Positions 27,101 to 38,790 of a stretch of DNA of 64,000 nt are shown piece after piece. Position 1 is the first letter of the stretch. Every line of letters starts with the position of its first letter. This DNA comes from Prorocentrum cordatum. Lineage: Eukaryota. The translations under genes and the position numbers were made by a program. Under the pieces are notes generated by a model. It did no database searches. It was given only the letters and a program-made list of their open reading frames with translations, and was not told the origin of the DNA. Location: positions 310,001-374,000 of the forward strand of contig CAUYUJ010000070.1 in NCBI GenBank assembly GCA_963575745.1, given 5' to 3'.

Positions 27101-27714
27101 GGACCGTCTGTTACCATGTTTTTCATGGTTGGTGTGCATGGTAAGTGCCCAATTTTGTTATAGGCGACTTATAATCACAGTAGTAAAAAATAATAATATA
27201 AAAAAACGTTGTATTGGTTTCCCCTTACGTGTTTATAAGTGTTTGTGAAGGCTTCTCAAGCTTATGTTAAATGTTATAATTGGGTGTAACGTTTTGTTTA
27301 GTTTAGCATAAGTGTTTGTAGTTGTTCCCTGATTGGCGTATACGTTGCCTTTGTTTTGCGGTCTACCCTGCCAGACAGCATGGCAGTCTACCACGCCTCA
27401 GAGTGCCAGGGGGCACGGTGGAATATGTATATTGTTTCCATTCGGGTCAACCACGGGACAACCAGAGGACAACGGCCTCAACCAGAACAAAGGCCGCATA
27501 CATATCGCCACAGACATTGCATGACACATCATATCAATCAGAAAACGCACGTCGTTTTTAGACCATCATCGACAACACCAAAGCCATCGTAACCATCAGA
27601 AACATCACCGCAATTACGTAATCATTCCCATCACAGTTACCATGCTCATAACAAACAGCAGCCACATGTCATAAACACCACAAAAACCAACATCATGAGC
27701 ACAATCAACAATGC

Positions 27715-27736
27715 ACCGTAGCCAGTTTGGGCTCAG
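27715..27736 (+). other. Relict DinoSL
   Basis: ACCGTAGCCAGTTTGGGCTCAG versus ACCGTAGCCATTTTGGCTCAAG (first 10 nt exact). Abuts a CA-rich spacer and precedes a decayed ORF. Confidence 0.8.
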
Positions 27737-27752
27737 TTCTTTCAGGTGGTTC

Positions 27753-29500
27753 ATGTTGGGCCCACGTCGCAGGCGGCGAGATATGTTTCAGTCGGTCACA
27801 TTTGTTCGGCAGCGCGTAGAGTATGTGGCCCATCATGTCGAAGTGCGGCGTGACGGGCGACAAGCTCGACTAGCTAAAGGTTGACACGTGCAGCGGTATA
27901 TTGCAGGCCACTAGCACCGCCAAGGCCGTGAAGCCAGACGACGCCATCATGAAACATCAGATCATTAGTGGGTGTCTCCAGTCAGGCGTGGAACTCATCA
28001 TGTGAGTGGTGCGGTCGCTCCAGAGAAGCAGCCCCGCACGTGCCTCGACATGTTCTTGACCGAAGAGGGCTGCTCGCAGTTCCTCGACGCGAATGCCGAC
28101 CCCCAGGCAAAATTGATGGTCATGGCGATGTTATTCGCCCTGATCTGCCTGAAGAGCCCCGACGAGAAGACGTTCGCCCGAGGTGAAGCGCTGGCCTCGC
28201 ATACGGAACCCTACAGCGATACGAAGCACATCGAGGAGACTCTGAATTCCAAGCTTCTCGTGAAGCGCACGGCCGAAAGCTCCCCGCGCGTGCTGGCGGG
28301 GCCGCGGGGGTGCCCGAATGACCTGGCAGCGTTCCAGCAGACGAGCCCAGACGTGTGCAAGCAGGCCTTCAAGTCTTCTCCTCCAGCGCCTGCGCGGTGG
28401 ACCCCGCAACACAGGGCCATGGTGGAGCAGATGAAGGTCTGCAGGAGCTCGAAGAGTGGATGCGATCAGTACTCGGCGGCGCCCGCGAGGCCGTCTAAGG
28501 GCCAGACGCGGCAGTTCATGGCCAAGTCCGTCCATGAGTGCCCCGAGGTCCCTCCTACCTGGCGCGGTGGCGAGCCCGACGGCCATTCAGCCCCATGGGT
28601 CACCGCCGCTGGCCAACGACTCGGCCCAGGGTGTCGCAGTCAGCTTGGCCCAGCCGCCGCCTGGGCGTTGGCGCCGCCAGCCTCCTTCCCAGGCGGTGCT
28701 CCAGATCCAGTCGGTGCTCATCCAGTTTCAGTCGGTGCCTCTGTTCCAGTCGGTGCCTTGCCAGTTCCAGGCGGTCCAGATCCAGTCGGTGCTGATTCTT
28801 TTCCAGGCGGTGCTCTCGTTCCAGTCGGTGCCCCCCCGGTCGGAGCTCCTGCAGCTGACGATGATGGCGATGGTGGCAGCGATGATGACGATGCCTCGCG
28901 AGGTGACACCACCCCGCCTCGCCTCCCTGTTCTCCCCCCCCTGGCCTGGGGGGGGCGGCGGGCGGCGCCTGGAGCTGCAACCCCGCGCCGCCCCCCCCCC
29001 CCCCCCATGCTCAGGGGCCAGAGCTCGCTGACAAGACGAAGAGCAAAGGCAAGGCCGGGGCAAAGGGCAAGGCTAAGGCCAAAGCAGCAGTGAAGAACAA
29101 GCCCGCCGCACATGCGATGAAAAAAGGCAGCCTCGAAGAATCGCGAGAATGACAACTTCGAGTACTCGGCGAAGTTCGCTCCGAGACGCTACAAGCAAGT
29201 GACGATCTACACGTCTCAGGCGAAGAAGTGCCGCCGCGTCGAGCCGCGCCCGGGCGCCATTGAGGAGGCTCTTTTCTCTTTCAACTCTCGCGGTGGTCGC
29301 CGGACGGCCCGGGCGGCAGCCGCGAGGCGCGCTCGGGCGTGCACGCGAGCAGGGCGCGCCTGAGGCGCGCGCCGGCGAGTGCGAATTCTGCGGGCTCGAG
29401 GGCGCCTGCGGTGATTCATTGCTCCCGCGGCGCGCGGGGTGGACGCGCGAGCTGCTCTTTTTTTTTCGGGCCGCCAGGCTGCCTCCAGTTTGCCGCGGGC
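27753..29500 (+). pseudogene. Decayed cargo gene 1 (unknown protein; PVGA repeats, K-rich tail)
   Basis: Protein-like stretch FLTEEGCSQFLDANADPQAKLMVMAMLFALICLKSPDEKTF in ORF 27972-29093, with apparent frameshifts. Follows a relict SL. Confidence 0.5.
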
Positions 29501-30669
29501 GCGACCTCGGGACCTCTCGCTTGACTGCGACGCGCGCGCATGGAAACCAGCGGCGAACACATGGCGCCACCGCCCGATGACCAATATGCAACGCAGCGAA
29601 ACGCGACCACACGATAAGCAGAGAGGCCACATACAACGCAACGAAATACAGCACAGCCAACATGTAGCACAGACAAAATATCATTAACATCGTCATGTTC
29701 ACCATCGGCACATCGTAAACATCTAGCATAAAACATCACATTGCCATCGCACAATATATCTACTCGTACGTCATCATCTTACCATCGCACATACATTCAT
29801 CATCATATTTGCACAATCTATCTACTAGCATCTTTACCATAGCACAGTGCACCCAATGCCATCATCACCGCCACCACCATCATCAAGTCAACATAGCACA
29901 CTACATCTAATAGCAGAAGCATCGTCATCTTCACCAACATTGCTGCAATTTGCTGCCTCGGCTCAATTTTCGAGTTTAGGCGCGCGCCGAGGCCCCTCCG
30001 TGGAACGAGATCACCCAATGCCCTCGCCCAGTGCCCAATTGACCAAAAAGGCGCAGAGGCTGGAGACAAAGGCACATAAGTACAAGACTGAGCGCGGCCG
30101 TGAGAGGCGCAAGGTCAAGGAGCTGAGCGCTGAGAAAGAGAAGCTCGAGAAAGCCAGCGGGGGTCTCATGGGGGCAGGATTTCCGACGCCTAAATCAGGG
30201 TGGACCCCGAGCGTCGCGAGGAGCGTCGTTCGCAAGGTGTTCGACGAAACGGGGCCCTCGCAGCGCACCTTGAGTTCGGTCAGCGAGGGCTCGCTGCGCG
30301 CTGTGATCTCGAGTTCTGCATCTGATTGGGTCTGCCAGTGAATTTCTCGTTGCGCGCTGTGCTTCAGGACTCGGTTGCCAAGTCGATCGGGCGTTGGAGG
30401 CGCGATGGGTGGATGGGGGGGGCATGCTATTAGTTGCAGTTTAGGGGCTACCGTGGAGGGGGGAGGGAGGATCGTAGCGCAACTTAGCAGAGCGTTGCAA
30501 GAATCAGATTCTGGCCTCCGCGAGTGTGCCATGAGTCGTTGCTCGGTGCCGGCCGTAAGGATAAAGCGGCGTCTGTTCGTTGCCTCATATCATCCCGCCC
30601 CCAACCCCAGCGAGAAGCCACGCGGCCGCATTGCCATTTCTTCCCTCGCGCCCCTCCATCCGCATATCG

Positions 30670-30683
30670 CATTCTGGCGCAAG
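30670..30683 (+). other. Possible truncated relict DinoSL
   Basis: CATTCTGGCGCAAG, 12/14 to the SL 3' end. ATG follows at 30738. Confidence 0.45.
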
Positions 30684-30737
30684 CATTTCGCTCCGACTCT
30701 TTGCGCCGCTGCGCCCCGTGCCAGTAGATCAGACACA

Positions 30738-31661
30738 ATGCCAGGCGCGGTGTCCAAGTGTTCCACTTGCAAGCCGGATTGCCCAGGAGGGCACAAGGGG
30801 CGCTTCGCGAGGTGCAACGCCATGATGAACAGGATCAATCGCGCGCTGGGCCTCGAGGGGGGTGGCGCCACCACGCCAGCGTTCAAAGCCGCGGTCGTCG
30901 ACGAGGCTGGCTCCCTCGAGCGCGCCGAGAATATGTTCGGGGAAGACCTGGCGCCCATGATCATGTCGGAGATCGGGGAGAAGGCCGAGACCTACACCGA
31001 GGTGGAGATGCAGGGGGCGGGGCACTTCCTCGACGAAGAGGGCGCGAGGAAGAAGTACAAGACCAAGCCGGAACGCTTGGCAGGCATCTTGGCCCGCGCG
31101 AGGCGCTTCGAGGACTTGATTTCGGGATCATCGAGGACATGGAGTGCAAGATCGTGTCGAAGTCAGGGCAGAAGGACGCGTTCACGGCGAAGCGCACGGG
31201 CACTTGCGAGGAGCAAGAGGCCGAATAAGAAGGTCGAGGTGAACCTTGCAGCAGGCGCTGCGGGATCGGGCGAGGGTGCGCCGGGGCATCCCGAGGCCTT
31301 GGCTGAGGCGGGCAAGAAACACCTCAGCGCGGCGAAGGAGGCCATCCAGAAGGCAGTGGATAAGCTCACCGCCACGCAGGGCGGCTGCATGATGGTCGAG
31401 GAGAAGCCCAGCTGGTACGACTTTGCCCCGCAGTGCGTCATTAACAGGAACGCCGCCGTGGGCACCAAGGCCGCGTCGCTACTGGCGCTCATCGGCATGG
31501 CCTTGGAGGTCAGCAGATCAGCAACCTCAAGAAGGTCGAAGCAGAGCTTGCGGATCTCAAGACGGAGCTGCAAGAGGCCATTCGCATCGTCAAGTTGCGG
31601 ACCGGCGAGCCCAAGAAGCTGGCCGACGACGGCGAGGAGGAGAAGTAGAGTCCAGGATTGA
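30738..31661 (+). pseudogene. Decayed cargo gene (unknown, helical, N-terminal Cys cluster)
   Basis: MPGAVSKCSTCKPDC...GHFLDEEGARKKYKTKPERLAGIL. GC3-rich codons; the reading frame appears to switch. Confidence 0.5.
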
Positions 31662-32999
31662 GGTCGCACAGCCCCTCCCAGGCCGCGTGGCGCCCGGTGC
31701 GAATGCACTGTGTCTAGTGTGATTAAACTGCGCCGCCGCACTTTTTTCACGTGGCGCCGACGATCGCGGGCCTGCGTTCACTGCTCGCATCGCACCCGAT
31801 ACGTGGTAGTCGCGCGATCAAGGAGGAAAAAAACAGCATCACCATCACCAGCATCATCAAAACACAGCATGACCCTCATACTCAGCATCAACATCAACAC
31901 CATTACCATCACCTCAAAATCAACGTCATTAACATCTTCATCATCATCAGCATCAACACCCTAGGCGACCCCAACAGCAACATCAATACCAACATCAACA
32001 TGGTCATCAGCACCAACATCAACATCGACGTCCTAGGGCGCTATCCACACCAACACCAAGGCCAATGTCAATACCCACATCAACATCAACATGACCATCC
32101 ACATCCACATATTAGGCCAACATCAACACCAGCAACAACACCAACTTCAACACCATATGCAAACATCGACATCAACATCAACATCCTAGGCCCCAGTAAG
32201 TTGCTGTTGTACTGGGGCCCTTTTTGCGTCAGCAGCGCTGCTGTTGTACTGGGGCCCTTTTCTTCGTCAGTAACGCTGCTGTTGTACTGGGGTGGGGGCC
32301 CTTTTTGCGTCAGTAACGCTGGAAGGCCCAGGCGGGCTTCCCAGCTGGGCCCCAACAGGGCCCCAGGGCCCCATTTGAAGTTCATGGCAGGAGTTATATA
32401 TGATCTCAGAGGGGCCCTGCAAAGCCCGAAGAAGCCCCCCCCCCCCACCCCCACGAGGGCTTAAGAGGGGCCCGAGAGCCCCAAGAGGACCCCATTTGAG
32501 TTCACAGCGGGGGCTGGGCTTTCTGGAGCGCAGCCCCGAAACGGTTTAGGGAGGGCCCCCCCCCTGTTATGCCAGAAATGTGCCGGGCGTGCGGGGCCCC
32601 CGCGGGCCAACGCAGTGCATCGAGTTCCGGCCCCCCCGCCGCTGTGCCGGAGCTGTGCCGGGATGTGCCGGGCCCCACGTGGGGGGGGGAACTTTCGGGC
32701 ACCCCTGGGGAAGATTTGCGCGGCCACCCCTGTGATACCTATGTACAGCGGAATCGTTAAGCCCTCCAGCGCCCCCAAAGAATTGGTTGGGCCCCCATGA
32801 TGGCTCCAAGTGGGCCCCATGGAGACGGTTCCAACATGGCCACAAAGACTCAGGGATGCTGTTAAAGTTCTGCCAGGCACTACGGGAGGTGGTTATAGAA
32901 AAGGCGACCCCCCATAGGCCCCACCCCTTGAAGTCCACCCCCATTGATTCTTTTTTTTTATATAAACAAGACTCTACCCCCCCCCCGGCGTTATCGGTC

Positions 33000-34230
33000 C
33001 CCTTTGGGTATGTAAATCACATATGGATGTTTCTGACCACGTGTCCATTTTGAACATGAAATCGCAATGTCCCAGGCCAACCGGGTTCCTCCCCTTGAGG
33101 TTCCTTTTTAACATAAAAATAACTATGCGATAACATCTTTTGTTCGAACATAGCAATTTTCACGAATCCCTTCCAACAAATGGAACGAAGTGCGCACGCG
33201 CGCGTCGTCGCGCGCGCATGCCGCAATCCCCCCAAAACCTTTGGTGCCGGGAGGATTTCGCAATCGAGTTCCCAAAACACATGCAAAAACATAGGGCTCC
33301 GCAGCACTGATTTGCGAAAAAAGCTTCCGCGCGAGCTTTTGCGAAATCTTAAGAAAACCATTCTGTTTTTTTCAAGATTTCACCAAATGCTATTAAACGG
33401 GTTTCGCGCGCATGTCGAAATCTGTCGAACGCCCTTGCGCGTGTGCCGTCGCGAGAATCCTCTGCAAAAAATGAGACGAAGTGCAGACGCGCGCGTCGTC
33501 GCGCGCGCATGCCGAAAACCTTCAAAACCCATCGGTTTCGAGAGGATGTCGCAATCGTGTGTCCAAAAACATACAAAAGCACAGGGTTTCGCAACACGGG
33601 TTTTCAACAAAAGCGTGCGCGCGCGCTCTTGCGTCGTCGTCGTCGTCGTCGCCGTCCTCCCTCCTCCCGCGTCGTCGTCGTCGTCGCCTACGTCGTCCTC
33701 TGTATTTGCTCGTGTTCGTCGTCGTCGTCGTCCTCTTTGGCGTCGTGGTCGTTTTCGTCGTCGTTGTCGCCGTGGTCGTCCTTCCTCCTCCTTCGTCGTC
33801 GTCGTCGTCGTCCGTCGCCAGCGTCTCGTCGTCATCCCTCCTATTTCGTCGCCGTCGTCGTCGTCGTTGTCGTCTTCCTCTTCCCTCCTCCCTCGTCGTT
33901 GTCGTCGTCGGCGTCGCCGTCCTTCCTCCTTCTTCGTCGTTCGCGTCGTCGCCGCCCTCCCTCCTCCCTCGTCGTTGTCGTCGTTGTCGTCGTTGTCGCC
34001 GTCGTCGTCCTTCCTCCTCGCTCGTCGTCGTCTTCGTCGGCGTCGTCGTCTTCGTCGGCGTCGGCGTCGGCGTCGTTGTCGTCGTCGAAGTCGTCGGAGA
34101 CGTCGTCGGTGCCCTTGTAGTCGTTGTCGTCGGTGTCGTCGTAGTCGGTCTTAAGAGGTTTTGCGCACCAAATTGCGGGTGGGTGGGTGGGATGTTTGCA
34201 AAAGCGTGGGATGTGTCAAATCATGTGTAA
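33000..34230 (+). repeat. Dispersed repeat (gcgcgcgtcgtcgcgcgcgcatgccg units plus (GTC)n tract); inverted copy at ~57640-58420
   Basis: Similar six-frame translations (RVVARACR..K..G..R.S) on opposite strands. Confidence 0.8.
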
Positions 34231-34358
34231 AAATCAGCTCCACCCCCCATAGGACCCACCCCCATAGGCGTGGAGTTGGCCCTCCTTTGCAGCGGGGTTC
34301 CAAATCTGACGGGGCCGTAATTGGCCCCGTCGTCATTCTGCCACCTCCCGAGCTACAC

Positions 34359-34374
34359 CCATTCTGGCTCAAAG
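34359..34374 (+). other. Truncated relict DinoSL
   Basis: CCATTCTGGCTCAAAG versus SL 3' part CCATTTTGGCTCAAG. ATG follows at ~34419. Confidence 0.6.
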
Positions 34375-34418
34375 CATCGGCGTCCGACGCACGCGCAGAC
34401 CAAGCCGAGGTCCGTCCG

Positions 34419-35186
34419 ATGGCGCAGGCCGAGGAGGTGCGTCCGATGGCGCAGGCCGAAGGTCGCACCGAACGCCCCAGCTTCACCATGGTGGTCCGTG
34501 TCCCCGAGGAGCACCTCCTGCAGGAGTACGACTACGTGGCGCGCCTGCCAGTGCTGGTCCAATTTCGCAAGAAGATCAAGCGCACCGAGACCCCGACCCC
34601 TGCAAGTAAGAAGGTGATCGCGGACCTGATCACGGATACCACCGACAAGGAAGGCCAGCCCAACCAGAAGGAGCAACCCAAACAGAAGGAGCACGAGGAC
34701 AACCAGAAGGAGCAGCCCACACAGAAGGAGCGGCCCAGCCAGGCGCAGCAGCAGGTGCACTTGCTGGACGTTCTCGCCCCCCTTGAGTGCTCCGACGACC
34801 GCCTGCCCAACAGTGCGCAAGCTCAACGACCAGGAGCCCCCCGAGCAAGTGCTGGGGGCCACGCTCGGCCCAGATGTGGCGACGCGGCCGGGGGGGGGAA
34901 GAAACGCGCGGCAGAACCGACGGTGGCAGCGAACGACTACTTCGCGACAGTCCACGCGGCTATCGGCCGTGCCTCGACGCTCGACAAGGCGGAACTCGTG
35001 GACCTGACCGGCGAGAGCGACACGATGGACACCTCCATCTTCGACGCGTTGGCAGCCTCGCAGTCCAGCCAGCCGCCGCTTGAGTTGGGGCCGCCGATCT
35101 CAGACTCGCTGCCAACCGCTGAGGACCCCTACGAGCAATGTTCGCAGCTCCGCTGGGCATCCCAGCAAGCGGTGCGAATGCATTGA
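34419..35186 (+). pseudogene. Cargo gene/pseudogene with QPxQKE repeats
   Basis: Protein-like ORF (MVVRVPEEHLLQEYDYVARLPVLVQFRKKIKR) downstream of a relict SL. Confidence 0.45.
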
Positions 35187-35616
35187 GTTTAGCGCGAGTT
35201 TTGCGCGCCGTAGCACTCTTTGACGCGGCGCCGACCCCCGCGGGCCTATGGCGATGCATTGCTCGCGCAGTACTCGCGCGATAAAGGGAAAATCGTCGTC
35301 GTCCGCCTCCGCCTCCCCCTCCCCATCATCATCGTGCTCGCTACTAGCATCAGCACTAGCACCAGCATCAACGCCAACATCTTCATCAACATCACCACCG
35401 TCATCACCAACTCACACCCAGCATCGTCAGACCACTCACATTGAGACTCGCTCCTTCCCAGACTCGCTCGCGTTTGCCAGGCAGGCTCGCTTTAAACTGG
35501 CCCCCCCCAGACTTGCCATCGCAGCGCCGCTCATGCTCAGACCCGCTCACGCACGTGCATGGGGATACTCGGTCTCGCCTGGTTCTTCAACTGTGCTGCC
35601 CCAGCTATAAGCCATT

Positions 35617-35638
35617 TCCGTTGCCGTTTTTGCTCGAG
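35617..35638 (+). other. Relict DinoSL upstream of the transposase-like remnant
   Basis: TCCGTTGCCGTTTTTGCTCGAG, 18/22 ungapped to DinoSL. Confidence 0.7.
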
Positions 35639-35769
35639 CTGAGGGGCCGCCCTATAGCGCATCATTCCCCCCTTAGCTGGTTTCGCGCAGTGGCTGGCAG
35701 GAAAAAGGAGTTCGACCAAACGCTGCAGGCTTGCGCCGCTGCGGCGGCTTCGAGCGGGCGCGCGGCGCA

Positions 35770-37684
35770 GCCGATGTTGCAGGCGATGTCAGCGCAGGCC
35801 GCGTCAGATGCGAGGAGAGCGCCACGGGCGCGCAAGCTGCCCCACCGACTGCTGCACGCCATTCGGCACGCAGGCACCCCGCAAGGCAACGTCGCCGTAG
35901 AATCACCGATGGCAGGCCCAAAGGGCACTCTGACGATTGATCACGTGCGCCTCGCTGCATTATTGTACCATGTGTGTTCTGCCTCGGCGAGTTTGTTTTA
36001 TAAAAAGTTTCCTTCGCGGGGTCGCACATCGCGTCGCCGTCAATGCATTGAACATCGCGATGTATCTGGACAAGGCCAAACCAGGGAGCGAAAGGCGCCC
36101 TGATGACGGAATGCCGTGCCAGCGCATGTACCTCCCCCCCCCCCCCCCCCCCCCCGCAGCATCCCGACCGGTCTAGAAAAGGTGACTCTGCCCGGCCGCC
36201 GTCCGTCTGCATGCGTGAAAGTATCTGACCAGAAAGCGCAGGCGCGGCGGACTCACGCCTCGTTCGGATCGTGACCGGATCGTTTCTCGGGTCGCTGAAT
36301 TGCGCTGGCTTGCAGTCGCAAAGGGGAGTCCCGCAGTTTCGCGCTCGGCCCTCGGTGCTCGTCGCCGACTGGGAACAGCGCGTGCGGGCCTTTAACCACG
36401 CGGGCTTCGACGGTAGCGTGCCCTGCGGATGGCGCTGCAATGCGCCGGGGCGGTGCCCCCCCCTCCCGCCGCGCCCACCCAGTTCACGTGAACAGCGCAG
36501 AGTACGACCGCGCGGGCTCCCACACGCCCGGGAGCAAGTGCGATTTGGCAAGGGGCGCGCAGGCGCGCGCGCAGGGCGGAGGCAACCTCGCGCACCCGCA
36601 ACAGTCCACAGGATCCAGCGGGACCCCGGAGGCGTGCTGTGGGCAAGCTTCGCGGGGTCCGCGCTGCGCCCGCCATGGCGCGAGTATCCAGACTGGATGC
36701 ACGTGCGCGCGGCGCCAGGGGGGGTACTACGAAATCAACGAGCTCGTGAACCTGCTATGCGGACACGGCATTACCGCAGTGACATGGACGCATGGTGTGG
36801 CCAGGTCGCTGCGCCGAGAAACTCGAAGAGCTTGGGGCGTATATTTTCCCGGGCCGCATCGCCATGAAACCTGGTAAGCACCTGAAAGGTTCTGCAGCGT
36901 AGGCGCTCTCAGCTACTGTCGTTTTGGGGGCTGTTCATCAATATCGTTGTGGCGCCGCAGAACATCCCTGGACTGCAGCGAGCATTGGACTGTTTCTTAT
37001 TGCTTCGGGTTATATGGGCTATATTACAGAGGGGCTGTCTTGGCAATATACCGACGCTGCAGGGCGCAATCCGGACTCGCCGCGAGCTTTTTGCGAGCTT
37101 GTATCCCATGTCTGTGAAAAGGAATATGCATCGGGGGAAACACCTTCCTGAGCTTTGGATCCGGTAGAAAGTTGTTCGGTCTTGATTTGGCCCAGAACGC
37201 CACCGCGAGCCGGCGAAGCGCGCGCGGCTACGCGCTCAACAATTGCACGACAACAATTCCCGCAAGCGATTTGCAGCAGTTGGTGGAAGGGTTGGGGGGG
37301 GCCGACACGGTGGAGCCATGCAGTCTGCGTGGGCGTGCCCATGCGTGCAACGCAGCTTTCGTGACTTCCGACCAGAGCCTCATCCAGCGCACAGCCTGGG
37401 CTCTCTTAATGAATTCACCGACAGGGCAACTCGCGAAGGGGGGCCTCCTGCAGTGGCGTGAGAATTGCTTGGCGCGCATCGGGTTTGAGTTAGGTTTCGC
37501 GCGCGCAGGTGGAGACCGCCCCGAACGCGTTGCCATCGCGCGCTCCTGCGCGGCGCGCGGCCCGTCGACCTGGGGGCGGCAGGTCGCCGAGGTTTGTGTC
37601 GCGCGGGCGCCGGCAATTGTAGGAAGCGTGTTCTGTGCTCACATTGGCGGCGAGATCACGCCTGCATTGTTGCGCGAGTCTTAG
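35770..37684 (+). pseudogene. Frameshifted transposase-like remnant (CMC/EnSpm-type resemblance)
   Basis: Motif fragments across frames: MYLDKAKPGSERRPDDG, VLVADWEQ, PCGWRCN, YPDWMH (a D-x-M-H motif as in EnSpm/CACTA transposases). Recognised by eye only. Confidence 0.5.
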
Positions 37685-38069
37685 CCGAGCCGCTTGCGAA
37701 AACAAAAAATGCAAACGCGCATCAGTACGCAGCCACTGCCATCATGCAATCCCAAAGCCAACGCACTTGCATCATAGAAAGTCGATGCCGCGATCATGCA
37801 TACAAGTACGTGCAGAGCTATAAACTGTGAGCATTCGTTCGTGCCACAATATATACGCGCATTATACAGCCAACATCGTCATCATCAGTGAACATATCGT
37901 AACCACCACCGCACAAACATCATCGTGCACGTCGTCACCATAACATCACCACCATCGTCATCATCGCACATACCGTCACTGTCATGCCGCGGCCGATCAC
38001 GAGTCCTAATGCATATTCGCGGGGCTCCCCGCTTTCTCGCCTTAATATATTACGTGAGCTCTCGTGGCG

Positions 38070-38790
38070 AGTCCATTCTTGCGTTGCGGCCGCGCCCTGC
38101 CCCCTGGCTGCGGCCGCGTTGCGCTGCCGCCGAGGCCTGGCTGCGGCCGAGCGGCGCTGCCAGTGGCGACGACGCCGCTGAGGTTGTAAGGTCTGCCTGC
38201 TCGGACGCGCCCATTGGCGGTGGTCTCGCCTCCGACCGGGCCGCCTCGGACGCTGCGGCCGCCGACCAGGGGGGGCTCGCCGCCTCGGGGGAGCTCGCCG
38301 CCCAGGCTGCCTCGGACAAGCCCTCCGACCAGGCCTCATCGGAGGGCGCAGCCGCCGACCAGGGCAAGCTCGACGGTCGGGCTGCTGCGGGGGGGGTCGC
38401 CGACCAGGCCGCCTCGGACAGGCTCGACAACGAAGCCGTCTCGGATGCGCTCGCCGACCCAGGAGCGTCGGGCGAGCTCGCCGACCAGGCCGCGGGGGGG
38501 CTCGCCGACCAAGCCACGGGCAAGCTCGCCGACCAGGCCATTTCGGACGCGGTCGTTGCCGCCTCCGCCGGCGGCGCCACGACCGACTGGGACGGCGGTG
38601 AAGAAGATCACCGCCCGCGACCGCGGCCAAAGCGCAGGCGCGGCAAAGTTGAGCCTATAGAGGAGAGGGTGCGCAAGTTAGGCAGGTTTGCCGAGCGCGT
38701 GCGCGCGCTTCCTAGCGAGATGCGGCGCTTGCTGAATTCGAGCGCGCAGCAATGGGCGGTGGCTCCGACCGGGAACACGGCCTGCGCAAA
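38070..38790 (+). pseudogene. Cargo ORF remnant with ADQAA-type tandem peptide repeats and a basic PRPKRRR motif
   Basis: Repeating gccgaccaggcc units at ~38230-38545 within ORF 37925-38848. Confidence 0.35.
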
